Positions 1-11,150 are shown, numbered from the stretch's first letter. The stretch: 64,000 nt of DNA from Octopus sinensis (GCF_006345805.1 NC_043022.1:11718001-11782000); one strand, 5' to 3'. A program made the numbers and translations. Notes: generated from the sequence alone by a model not told the origin.

Positions 1-8
1 ATACATAC

Positions 9-87
<79 letters not shown>

Positions 88-112
88 CATATATATATAT
101 GTATGTATGTAT
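1..112. repeat. (TA)n/(CATA)n microsatellite
   Basis: Dinucleotide/tetranucleotide run visible directly. Confidence 0.95.
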
Positions 113-719
113 ATTATATTCATACATACATATGGGAAGTGGTTCTTTGCATTGAGCGCCACTTCTCATCTCGAACCGGTGGTTGTCACATGCTGATGAA
201 ATGTCAATACTCAGAAACTCGGATCCATGTGTATCATGTCAGGTTGAAGACGGGAAAGATGACTTTTCTTTGCAAATACTGACAAGGCACAGAAAGTGTG
301 TCAATAGCCAGCTGGAGGAGATGTCTTCCTGGGGCTACGAGCTACAGTAGCATCTACCCTTAAAGGTTAGCCACATTTTGGTGGCAAATATACTTCACGA
401 TAAAGTACACTATTTTTTATGTTGGAATAATTTTACTACCTTTCAATCATTTATCGCCTTCCTTCAACTTGCGCGTCTGTGACCTTTGCCAATGCCTCTC
501 ACACAACTTCAAATTCTCATTTCTAATCTTTCCCTATATAAAGCTGAAGTATGGCAGGTTTGGTAGCCTTCAACTAACACTATCTCCTCTGAGACCCTGC
601 AGCGCAAATTGACCAAAATTGAGAGTATGATAGAAGAAGGCTTGCTCTTCCTTCCGTAGAAGAAAAAATTCAAATCAGACCATGTTAACACCAAAAATTA
701 TTTACATCAAAAAGGTGCT

Positions 720-883
720 TTTTTTCTATGAAAATCCCTATTTTTTACGATTTTTTTACTGCTGTGTCGCCATTTTTCACTTAAAGAGAATAACAAGCTA
801 CATAATGCAAAGTTTTTACTTTTAAAATATTCCAATTCTAAACGGTCGAAACAAACCCGAGCAACGCCGGGCGATACTGCTAG
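720..883 (+). mobile_element. Probable Helitron 3' terminus
   Basis: GC-rich hairpin CCCGAGCAACGCCGGG at 856-871, then CTAG (880-883) followed by T: the canonical Helitron 3' end. The 5' end was not located; the start coordinate is approximate. Confidence 0.55.
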
Positions 884-1544
884 TAAACTGATAAAAGAAA
901 TGACAGGATTTGTTTCTTGATGGATTTCATTAAAAAATTTTTTTTGTTTGATACTTCGACTGGTTCACGTCTTTATTTGCCCAAAGACTTTCTCCTTGCA
1001 CAATCACAGCCGAAAGATTGAAACAGATAAAACATCCATCCATGCAGACATACATACACACATACATGCACGTATGGGTACATAGATTTACACGTTACAT
1101 ACATGTAAGTACATGTGTATAAAAGCATATATATATAACATATAATGAAATTTATTTTTAACCTGCAAACTTTATTTGCAACTAGGAAACAGAGTGGTAT
1201 CAACAAAATAACTTTTATGACTTAGTCAAGTGAAGAGAAAAACCCAAGAATTTTCTTACTTTTATTTACAGCTAACTAATATGGGTGACAATAGGGATAG
1301 GGAAGCAAAGAGGTGGGTGATACAGAATTATTATGTAGCTCCATTAAGAAGCAGTGTATCAAGAATATTTAGTTTGATTGGACCTTGCTAGAGTGGACCC
1401 CACGAAAGGTGTTCAAGGAGAGGTATTAGCGTTAACTAATGCAAGATCTACTTTTAAAATAGGTGCTCTCCCTTAGACTAGCATTTTAAATTTACTACCT
1501 GCTCACTATTACCTTCGGGTTTTGAATCGATCCATGCTACCTGC

Positions 1545-1821
1545 CTTTTTCACTTGTTCCAGTCATTGGACTACGGCCATGCTGAAGCACCGCCTTGAAA
1601 TGTTTAAACGAACAAATAGACCCCGGTAGTTATCTTTTTAAGTTTGGAATTAATTCTGTTGGTCCCTTTAGCCAAACTGCGGTAAATTTTTAGATCAACA
1701 CCCGCACGATTTTTTTTTCCTTAGTGAAAATCGTGCGGGTGTTGATCTAAACATTTACTGGGGTTTGGCTAAAGGGACCAACAGAATTAGTTCCAAACTT
1801 AAAAAGATAAGTACCGGGGTC
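1545..1821. repeat. tRNA-SINE 3' fragment folded back into a ~200-bp palindrome
   Basis: 1545-1714 resembles the minus-strand SINE copies at 43580 and 49260 (cagtcatt..gcggccatgctggagcaccgcc..gacccc). 1619-1714 is reverse-complemented at 1727-1821 with few mismatches. Confidence 0.85.
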
Positions 1822-2339
1822 GGTACTTGTCAAGTGTAGTGGTCCCGGTTTCGCACACGCGAATTCGCGCGCGCGCCAGACGAGATCCTACTCGAGATCC
1901 TACGAGGTGACATGCGCAGTGCGCGATTCGCGCATGCGCGTTAACCCCCCCCCCCTAAAAAGAAAGGATTTTTTTAGATACCTTTCTGCTTTTTAAGACA
2001 AAAAGGTGTTGGATTTCACTAAAAATATATATGTGTGTGTGTGTGTATATATAACATTTTCAATTTTACACAAAAAAATTACATAGTCGCTTTCCTCGCG
2101 GATTTACAGATAAATGAATTAATTACTATTTTACAGAATAAAATTAATGAATTAATTATATAAATTAAATAATTCTTGAAAATTAATTAATATTAATAAT
2201 ATTTTTGAACAAAGTAAATAATTTATAAAACTTGAATAATAATTTTTTTTACACAAACGCGAACGTATATAATTTGTGAAACTTTTTTTTTTTTACAGAC
2301 GTATATAATTTGGTAAACTTAATGAATTAATTTCTTCTC

Positions 2340-2765
2340 ATCATCATCATCGTTTAACGTCCGTTCTCCATGCCAGCATGGGTTGGACGGTTCGACCGGG
2401 GACCTGGGAAGCCAGAAGGCTGCACCAGACTCCAGTCTTATCTGGCAATGTTTCTACAGCTGGATGCCCTTCCTAACGCCAACCACTCCGAGAGTGTAGT
2501 GGGTGCTTTTTACATGCCACCCGCACAGGTGCCAGGCGAGGCTGGCAACGGCCACGGTCGGATTGGTGCCAGTCGAGGCGGCTCTGGCATCGGCCACGAT
2601 TCGGATAGTGCTTTTTACGTACCACCAGTCCAGGGGTCCTGGCATCTGCTGGGTGCCACACTTGCCCCAACATGTCTTCGCAAGCAAAGGGGGTTGGCAT
2701 GGGTGCCTGTCGTGGGATGAGGTTCGATATCAACTTCGCTTGCCTCAACAGGTCTTTTGTGTATA
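2340..2765 (-). mobile_element. Retroposon fragment with RTE-like 3' end and (GAT)n tail
   Basis: Reverse complement of the copies at 52485-52865 and 53150-53475 (ggaagggcatccagc..aacactgccagat..gttaaacgatgatgat). Clade assignment is inference from the tail. Confidence 0.75.
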
Positions 2766-3133
2766 AATGTATAATTTTTCGCACTAAATTCTTTCCGTAG
2801 AATTTATCAAAAACGCGCAAAATTATTCCGTAGAATTTATCAAATTAAAAAACGCAAAATTAATATATTTTTTGAAATTGCAAATTATTTAGAATATAAA
2901 ACAAATGAAGTTAAATTTTAAAAATAAATGTCATATACTTATACTCTGTAAGGTGCTGTGTTCACACTTCAATTTACTATTTTCTAGAAATGTTGCTTTT
3001 CTAATTGAAACAATTTTTCTCAATCTCCATTTAAAAGTCCATCATGCCTCTTGAGCCATATCAAAATGAACAATTTTGAATTACGCGGCGGCGGTGGTGG
3101 TGGTGGTGGTGTGAGGTTCTAATTTTTTTTTCT

Positions 3134-3250
3134 GATCTCTCTTTGCCCCCCTAGATGGAGGTGTGGTGGGGAGACAGATGAAAGATGTCTCATTCTCTGC
3201 TATATATGTATATATATATATGTATATATATATGTATGTATATATATATA

Positions 3251-3331
<81 letters not shown>

Positions 3332-4243
3332 ATATATATATTTCTTAAACCTACACGATATAGTCTATAAATTTGGGATGTTTTTGAAAGATAATATATT
3401 TTGTCATCAGAATATATATACTTTCTCACACTACAATTAAGATATATTTATTTTAAATCGTTCATCTTTTCCCGCGACAACAAAAATTGGGCGCGAAAAT
3501 TTTTCTAAATATTAGCGGAATGAACAACTGAGATAAAGAGGAGCAAAGAGAGATCAGAAAAAAAAATTAGAACCTCACACCACCACCACCGCCGCCGCGT
3601 AATAATCGCAGATCGAAGTTGGATACATGGTATACGGAGTGTCGCAAGGCACTCCGACTATTCCGTCGCTCGGGCAATGCCCGCGGCAGTGGTTCTACCG
3701 CTGTTTTCTATAGAGGGTTTGTAGAGGCCGGTTGCGATGATACATTAGGGAAACCCTAGGTTTCGACGATAATCAGCTGGCCAGTCTGTTCCAACGTACA
3801 TTTGGGCCGAGGACCCTGGATAATTTCAGAAGTCTTTAGCTTGCAGTGTTACCGAGGAGCCTTACCTGTTCGGGATAAACTCGCAAGGCACGGTGGCCAA
3901 GTCAGCCCAACCTGTCCGAGGTGTGGCGAGACAGGGAAACCGTCTCGCACGCGGTCGTGCAGTGCTCAGAGGTGGCAGACATGTGGGTTTTTTGCCGAAC
4001 AACTGTTGTCAAGTGGAGGAGGAGATGTTGTTGTTATATATATATTATTGAGTATTAAAGGAAGTAGTGAGTACTTAGTATGAGTATGTTGTTGTTATAT
4101 ATATATTATTGAGTATTAAAGGAAGTAGTGAGTACTTAGTATGATCTCTCTTTGCCCCCCTAGATGGAGGTGTGGTGGGGAGACAGATGAAAGATGTCTC
4201 ATTCTCTGCTATATATGTATATATATATATGTATATATATATA

Positions 4244-4323
<80 letters not shown>

Positions 4324-5066
4324 CTTAAACCTACACGATATAGTCTATAAATTTGGGATGTTTTTGAAAGATAATATATTTTGTCATCAGAATATATATA
4401 CTTTCTCACACTACAATTAAGATATATTTATTTTAAATCGTTCATCTTTTCCCGCGACAACAAAAATTGGGCGCGAAAATTTTTCTAAATATTAGCGGAA
4501 TGAACAACTGAGATAAAGAGGAGCAAAGAGAGATCAGAAAAAAAAATTAGAACCTCACACCACCACCACCGCCGCCGCGTAATAATCGCAGATCGAAGTT
4601 GGATACATGGTATACGGAGTGTCGCAAGGCACTCCGACTATTCCGTCGCTCGGGCAATGCCCGCGGCAGTGGTTCTACCGCTGTTTTCTATAGAGGGTTT
4701 GTAGAGGCCGGTTGCGATGATACATTAGGGGAAACCCTAGGTTTCGACGATAATCAGCTGGCCAGTCTGTTCCAACGTACATTTGGGCCGAGGACCCTGG
4801 ATAATTTTCAGAAGTCTTTAGCTTGGCAGTGTTACCGAGGAGCCTTACCTGTTCGGGATAAACTCGCAAGGCACGGTGGCCAAGTCAGCCCAACCTGTCC
4901 GAGGTGTGGGCGAGACAGGGAAACCGTCTCGCACGCGGTCGTGCAGTGCTCAGAGGTGGCAGACATGTGGGTTTTTGCCGAACAACTGTTGTCAAGTGGA
5001 GGAGGAGTATGTTGTTGTTATATATATATTATTGAGTATTAAAGGAAGTAGTGAGTACTTAGTATG
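3134..5066 (+). repeat. ~1-kb tandem duplication (3134-4142 / 4143-5066) of the Gypsy left flank plus the first ~58 nt of the LTR
   Basis: The two copies align over their length. Outside the TA tract the differences I saw are only single-base indels. Confidence 0.92.
4586..5009 (+). pseudogene. Tx1/L1-clade LINE ORF2 C-terminal fragment (zf-RVT region), 5' part
   Basis: Translates to ..LAWQCYRGALPVRDKLARHGGQVSPTCPRCGRDRETVSHAVVQCSEVADMW.. (CxxC..H..C zinc finger of L1/Tx1 ORF2). A frameshifted duplicate lies at 3604-4025. Confidence 0.85.
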
Positions 5067-5243
5067 AAAGATTAAGAAAATGAGAGAGACTGAAACAACG
5101 TGTTAACGATACAAGATACTTTATTCGACTGCCGTTGTTGTACAAGTTAATTGTTTTGGCGGGAAACAAAGTGAAAGTCCTTTTATCAAGGGAGACAATG
5201 GGCGACGTTGATTGTTCATGTTTGTTGTGATAATTATATAACA
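5010..5243 (-). repeat. 3' LTR (234 bp)
   Basis: Matches 9290-9523 except one substitution (5232 a vs 9512 g). Preceded on the minus strand by the purine tract AAAAAAAGGAAGA (plus 5244-5260). Confidence 0.96.
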
Positions 5244-5278
5244 TCTTCCTTTTTTTTTTTATTTTTTTTTTTTTTATA

Positions 5279-8200
5279 TCATCTGTATCTACAGGGAATA
5301 ATTATTCGTCGTCCACTTTTTGTGGTTTTATTATTTTGTAGTGTTGAATTCTGTAGTTGTGCTGTTTTTGTTTTTTCATGCGTGTTTGTTGATTTTGGAA
5401 ATATATTTTCATAATCTAATTCTTCTGTTATGCGAACGTGTTCGTTTGTTTTAAGAATATGTTGTCTATTTCGTTTGACTGTATTACCTTCCTCTGTTAT
5501 TACTAAGTATGAACGAGGTTGCTCTAGTTTTTTAATTATTTTGCCCCTTCTAAACCAATTGTTGTTAAACTTAATTCTAACCGTGTCGTGTGGTTTTAAC
5601 TCTGGGAGTTCTGTTGTAATGTTTGATTTCTTCTTTTCGTGAGGCCTGATACCAATTTTGTCGTGTAGTATGTTTGGGAGATTTGTTCGCAATGTTCTAT
5701 TCATTATTTGATTTGCAGGGGATGGTGCACCATTTTGTAATTTAGTCGTGCGTAATGCTAAGAGCGCTAACTGAGGTTCTTCGTCACTTTTGAATGCCTT
5801 TTTTAGCGTCTTTTTTATTGTCTGTATATTTCTCTCAACCATGCCATTCGCTTGATGATAATGCGGGCTTGTCTTCGTGTGATGAAAATGCCAATTTTTT
5901 GCAAATTTTTTGAATTCAGCCGAATTGAATTCTGGACCGTTGTCACTTACAACTGTTTGCGGAATTCCGAATTTAGCAAAAGTTTCTTTTAATTTTTTGA
6001 TTACGGTTTTTGACTGGCAATCATTTATTTCGTGTAGATCAAAAAATCTTGTTGTATAGTCAATAATTGTGACATACGAATTTCCAGACAGGTGAAATAC
6101 GTCTGTACCCACTTTGGTCCATGGTGTAGTAGGTATTTCATGATTTATTAGTGGTTCGGCTGCTTGTTGATTTTTGTAGTCAATGCAGTATGAGCATGTA
6201 TTAATCATGTCTTTGATTTGAGCGTTAATGCCGGGCCAGTATATACATTCCTTCGCTCTCTCTATGCATTTTTCGATACCCATGTGTCCGGTATGTATTT
6301 CCTGTAGAGCTTCTCTACGTAATGACTTAGGTACAAATATTCTTGAACCTTTTAGAACGAGACCATTGACGATTGATATTTCATCACGAACGGATACGAA
6401 TGGTTTGATGTTTATTGGTATTTTGTCTTTTGGGGGCCATTCTGTTCTTGTAGATGTGACGAGTGTCTGTAGAGACGGGTCGTCTGCAGTGGCTTCTTTA
6501 TATTCGTTTAATTTAGTGTCGGTTATGGGGTAATTTTTTATTACTGCATGAATGTGCGATTTCATATCTTCGTCTGATACTTCTGGAGTATTTTGCTCAA
6601 GGTATGCACGTGATAGGGTATCTGCAACAATTGATTCTTTACCAGGTATGTGGTTTAGGTCAAAATCATATCTTTGTAATGTTAGTAGAAATCTTTGGAT
6701 TCTGGGGGGGCATTTAGTGATCGATTTTTTGAATATTTGCTTCAACGGTTTATGGTCATTTTCGATTCTGAAATGAGTTCCGTATATAAACTGATGAAAT
6801 TTCTTGCATGCGAAAACTATACTGAGAGCTTCGCTCTCTATCGGACAGTAGTTTTGTTCCGCTTGAGTTGTTGCACGAGATGCAAACGAAACAGGTAGCC
6901 ATCTTTCGTTGTGTTTCTGCTCAAGTATCGCTCCGAGCCCATGCTTACTAGCATCTGTAGTTATTTTTATTGGTAGATCTGGATCATAAAATTGTAGCAC
7001 TGGTTTTCTGGTAATCATTTCTTTTAACTTTTTTATTGCTTCGATTTGTGGTTTGTCAAATGACCATAACGTGTCACTCTGTAGAAGCTGGCGCAATGGT
7101 GCTGTGACTTCGGAGTAATTAGATAAAAATTTACATAGGTAATTTGTCATACCTAGGAATCTTTGTAATTCTTTTTTACTTGTTGGCAGTGGCATGTGAA
7201 TGATTGCTTGTACCTTGGTTGGATCTTGTTTTATCCCTTCGCTGGTTAATATATGCCCAAGGTACTTGATTTGTGATTCATAGAAGATACACTTTGATTT
7301 ATTTAACTTTAATCCGTGCTTTCGGATTCGATCGAAAACTTGTTGTAGTCTATTTGTGTGTTCTTCTAAAGTGTTGGACCAGATTATGATGTCATCCTGT
7401 GAATTTCTTGCTCCTTCTATGCCCTCTATTATTTTTGAAATTTCTTTTTGGAAAACTTCACTGGCGCTGTGAATTCCAAAGGGTAGTCGTGTGAAGCGAT
7501 ACCTTCCAAAAGGTGTGTTGAACGTTAAAAGATGGGAGCTTTCTTCGTCAACTGGAATTTGCCAGTATCCATTAGATGCATCTAGTTTTGAAAAATATTT
7601 AGGGTTATGCTTTTGTGCAAAAATGTCCTCCGCTGTAGGGAGTTTGAAATGTTGCCTTTTTATGGCTTTGTTTAGATTCTTGGGGTCTAAACAGAGTCGG
7701 AGTTTTCCGTTCGCTTTTTCAACGATGACTAGGGAATTTACCCAGTCTGTAGGTTCACTAACAGGTTTTATGATATCTAATTCTGTCATTCTTTTTAATT
7801 CTTTGTTGAGTTTTTCTTTTATAGAAAAAGGAACCGATCTTGGTGGATGAATTACAGGAGTTATTTGTGGATCCACTGTGATATGATGTGTTATTGACAA
7901 AGTGCCGATTTCTCCGAAACAGTCTTCATATTTTTCTAATATGTCGTTTGTGTTCGACGAATTTATTTTTGAAATTCTCTGAATCAGGTTCAGATCTTTA
8001 GCTGTGTTTGCATCTATAACTGCGTGCGAGTTTGTTTTTGCAACAATGAATTTTATTTGCTTTGATAATTCTTTGTATTTAATGACTGCTGTGCATTTTC
8101 CTAGCACTTTTATAGCTGTGTTATTATAAGTTGAAGTTTTTTGCAGTTGTGGTTTTGGAATTATATTTCTATATTCTCTGAATGGCAGTACGGTTACGTC

Positions 8201-9235
8201 TGCTCCTGTATCTATTTTGAATGTTACATTCGAGTTGTTCACTTTTAGTTCGACCGTCCAAATGTCTTTTGGAGTCTTGAACTTTTCGATTTTGTGCACG
8301 CGGGAATTATTTGCAGTGATCATTTCGAGTGTATGTGTATCGTCATCTGATTCATCGTCGGTATGTATCTCTACTTTATGTACAAATTTTCTTGATTTGC
8401 ACATTTTTGCATAGTGTCCTTGTTTCTTGCATTTTTCACATGTCTTGTGAAATGCTGGGCATTTATTTCTTTTGTGATTATAACCACAATAGTGACAGTT
8501 AGTGACGTAGTGTTGACTTGGCGCTTGAAACTTCGCGGGCTTTCTGTCACTTCCGCCTTGTTCGTTTTGATGTCTGGATTGCATATGGCGGGTTATTTGA
8601 GTTTTGGCGCCTTTTCTGTCGTGTTGACTATATACCCTCGAGATTTCGTTATCTCTTGTTTCGGATGTGGCATTTAGCATCCTTGATTGGAGTCGTGTTT
8701 GCTCTGCACTCTGACCTGCTTGAATTGTTTTTTGTAGGTCTAAATTTGGTTCTCTCAATAATCTTTCTCTTAATCTCATGTCTCTGATTCCACATATCAG
8801 AATATCTTTGGTGAGACTGTCTGTGAGGTTGCCGAATTCGCACTGTTGTGCCTTTTGGCGCAACTCTACTACGTACTCATCGAATTTTTGATGTTCCGCT
8901 TGTCCACATGTGAAGAATTTGTGTCTTAGGAAAGTTATGTTTTTCCTGGGTTCACAATATGCATCGAATTTTTCGATTACTGTCTGAAGGTTCATTTCTT
9001 CGTCGGGTGAATCGAAATCCAGTGTGGAATGGATATCTCGGCCTTTAGAACCGATGCAAGTTAAAAACATTGAAGTTTTTACTTTGTCTGGCTTCATGTC
9101 ACTTTCTGTTGCTATCAAAAAGAGATTGAATTCTTTTTTCCACTTTTTCCATGCTGCGGCTAGATTTTCCTGATTAAAGTCTAGGTCTTTTGGATGCGGT
9201 AAATTTTCCATTTCGTCTTTGAAGTATGATTTCAA
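5279..9235 (-). CDS. Gag-Pol polyprotein, 1318 aa, single uninterrupted ORF
   Basis: Two Gag zinc knuckles (CHYCGYNH..C; CEKCKKQGHYAKMC), protease DTGA, RT (RLCLDPKNLN..SQDD), RNase H (TDASKHGLGA..DHKPL), integrase HHCC and D..D(SDNGPEF)..E core. Confidence 0.96.
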   Translation of the reverse strand: MKSYFKDEMENLPHPKDLDFNQENLAAAWKKWKKEFNLFLIATESDMKPDKVKTSMFLTCIGSKGRDIHSTLDFDSPDEEMNLQTVIEKFDAYCEPRKNITFLRHKFFTCGQAEHQKFDEYVVELRQKAQQCEFGNLTDSLTKDILICGIRDMRLRERLLREPNLDLQKTIQAGQSAEQTRLQSRMLNATSETRDNEISRVYSQHDRKGAKTQITRHMQSRHQNEQGGSDRKPAKFQAPSQHYVTNCHYCGYNHKRNKCPAFHKTCEKCKKQGHYAKMCKSRKFVHKVEIHTDDESDDDTHTLEMITANNSRVHKIEKFKTPKDIWTVELKVNNSNVTFKIDTGADVTVLPFREYRNIIPKPQLQKTSTYNNTAIKVLGKCTAVIKYKELSKQIKFIVAKTNSHAVIDANTAKDLNLIQRISKINSSNTNDILEKYEDCFGEIGTLSITHHITVDPQITPVIHPPRSVPFSIKEKLNKELKRMTELDIIKPVSEPTDWVNSLVIVEKANGKLRLCLDPKNLNKAIKRQHFKLPTAEDIFAQKHNPKYFSKLDASNGYWQIPVDEESSHLLTFNTPFGRYRFTRLPFGIHSASEVFQKEISKIIEGIEGARNSQDDIIIWSNTLEEHTNRLQQVFDRIRKHGLKLNKSKCIFYESQIKYLGHILTSEGIKQDPTKVQAIIHMPLPTSKKELQRFLGMTNYLCKFLSNYSEVTAPLRQLLQSDTLWSFDKPQIEAIKKLKEMITRKPVLQFYDPDLPIKITTDASKHGLGAILEQKHNERWLPVSFASRATTQAEQNYCPIESEALSIVFACKKFHQFIYGTHFRIENDHKPLKQIFKKSITKCPPRIQRFLLTLQRYDFDLNHIPGKESIVADTLSRAYLEQNTPEVSDEDMKSHIHAVIKNYPITDTKLNEYKEATADDPSLQTLVTSTRTEWPPKDKIPINIKPFVSVRDEISIVNGLVLKGSRIFVPKSLRREALQEIHTGHMGIEKCIERAKECIYWPGINAQIKDMINTCSYCIDYKNQQAAEPLINHEIPTTPWTKVGTDVFHLSGNSYVTIIDYTTRFFDLHEINDCQSKTVIKKLKETFAKFGIPQTVVSDNGPEFNSAEFKKFAKNWHFHHTKTSPHYHQANGMVERNIQTIKKTLKKAFKSDEEPQLALLALRTTKLQNGAPSPANQIMNRTLRTNLPNILHDKIGIRPHEKKKSNITTELPELKPHDTVRIKFNNNWFRRGKIIKKLEQPRSYLVITEEGNTVKRNRQHILKTNEHVRITEELDYENIFPKSTNTHEKTKTAQLQNSTLQNNKTTKSGRRIIIPCRYR

Positions 9236-9277
9236 CTTCTTTTTTCCTTTGGTTTCTGTATTTTGGGTTCTTTTAGT

Positions 9278-9289
9278 ATTCTGACACCA
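9278..9289 (-). promoter_or_regulatory. Primer-binding site TGGTGTCAGAAT (tRNA-Leu-like)
   Basis: Directly inside the 5' LTR. Complementary to the ..TTCTGACACCA 3' end of metazoan tRNA-Leu(CAA). Confidence 0.8.
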
Positions 9290-9523
9290 TGTTGTTGTTA
9301 TATATATATTATTGAGTATTAAAGGAAGTAGTGAGTACTTAGTATGAAAGATTAAGAAAATGAGAGAGACTGAAACAACGTGTTAACGATACAAGATACT
9401 TTATTCGACTGCCGTTGTTGTACAAGTTAATTGTTTTGGCGGGAAACAAAGTGAAAGTCCTTTTATCAAGGGAGACAATGGGCGACGTTGATTGTTCATG
9501 TTTGTTGTGATGATTATATAACA
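9290..9523 (-). repeat. 5' LTR (234 bp)
   Basis: TG..CA ends; AATAAA on the minus strand; followed by the TSD GAGTA. Confidence 0.96.
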
Positions 9524-9528
9524 GAGTA

Positions 9529-9950
9529 CAGCTATCGACTGAATCCATTGTAAAAATTGACCCACCGGATTTCTTAACGAAAGAAGGTAAGAATTGTTTT
9601 CTCTCTTTGGTTTCAATTGCGAAACAGGCAGTATGGAAGACGAGGATGAAAGGGGTGATAGCAGGCAACTTCATCTCTGGTTCTGGTCTGGTGGAATATT
9701 TTAAATTCCACCTAAAAAGACAAATAGAACTAGAGAGGAGGGGCCTGAGTAAGAAAGTGTTCGATGAAAGATGGAAGAATGTTGTGAGTAAAAGGACCCT
9801 CATGAATGCGAGGTAAGCCGGAAAAAAAAGAAGGAAAAAAAAAAAAAAACCTAAGGTCAGTGTCGTGGCGGGGTTCGTGGGGTCCGTAAGCCCGCCCCAC
9901 TCCATCTGTTAATAATACACAAGTGTGGAATGCAATAAACTTACTTATTG
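9529..9950 (+). pseudogene. Tx1/L1-clade LINE ORF2 C-terminus and 3' UTR, 3' part
   Basis: Removing the LTR element and one TSD copy gives the open frame ..EQLLSSGGGVQLSTESIVKIDPP..AKQAVWKTRMKG..FKFHLKRQIE..MNAR* (stop at 9816), then an A-rich 3' UTR with AATAAA. Confidence 0.88.
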
Positions 9951-9997
9951 TATTAAATGGGTGAAGCTAAAGAAATATTTTACCATTAATTTATAAT

Positions 9998-10270
<273 letters not shown>

Positions 10271-10289
10271 TGTATGTGTGTGTACTGGT

Positions 10290-11150
10290 GCACACACATA
10301 CTGGTCGTGGCGTGGCTAATGATACACAGACAGGCAATGAGGTTTGCAACATCTTCATCGTTACTTCGCTAGTGAGCAGGTGTGGTCTCCGTTTGTCAGA
10401 TTTACATTTTGTACAGCTGGAGTCTTGAAATGAAACGTCGTACTGGGCCAAACATCCTGGACCGACAGCATCCTCGAAGAAACTCTGAGTGTCGATGAAA
10501 TTCAAGTAACTGATTTCATCTCGAGGTCTTTCGGTCCAGGGCCAATAGATAATTCCAGAAATACCTTGTCTGGCAGTGTTAACAGAGATTATTTTCTTTT
10601 GGGGATACAGTATTACAGGCATGGAAGCAGCCGGACTTGTCAGAGATGCGAGAGGACCGAGGGAGCCGTCCTGCACGCACTTGGCAATGCGTAATCATTG
10701 CTGACTGGTAGAGTTAAGAAAACGTCACTGCGTTTCGTTGGTCGAGAAGAATACTTCTAATTCCTCCGCCAGGTGGCTAAAATGGAAGAAGTGATGTGGT
10801 GCACAAGACTGAAAAGTTTGAGGGTAGACACTTCTTCTTTGGCCAAGCCCTCATCAACCGTTTTAAGCTCCATCTGAAAAGGAAGGTGAGAATGAAAAAG
10901 GACATGGTGCCCAACTGCCTTGTGTTGTGACGTAGTTGAATGTGACTCTGATGGCTTACAGTTGTGAGATGGGTAGAAGTGCCGGAAACAAGGCGCCCCT
11001 AGTGATACCATTCACAGTCGGAATGATCAAGTACCTGTAGGATTTCTTGCTTGCTCTTACGTAGAAGTCCCTACTCTTAGAGAATTTTGCTGTTACATTT
11101 TTGTTAATTGCTTTTGTTAGTCACATGTATTATTTTTGTTAATCATGTGT
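10290..11150 (+). pseudogene. Older, decayed Tx1/L1-clade ORF2 3' fragment related to the interrupted element
   Basis: Broken frames give [35 protein letters not shown] and EVMWCTRLKSL..GQALINRFKLHLKRKVR. These are homologous to FGPRTLDNFQKSLAWQC and QAVWKTRMKG..FKFHLKRQIE. Many stops; boundaries approximate. Confidence 0.7.

Larger units (their letters stand above)
5010..9523 (-). mobile_element. Full-length Ty3/Gypsy LTR retrotransposon (Mag/SURL-like), 4514 bp
   Basis: TG..CA LTRs at 5010-5243 and 9290-9523. 5-bp TSD GAGTA at 5005-5009 and 9524-9528. PBS next to the 5' LTR, PPT next to the 3' LTR. Domain order PR-RT-RH-IN. Confidence 0.97.
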
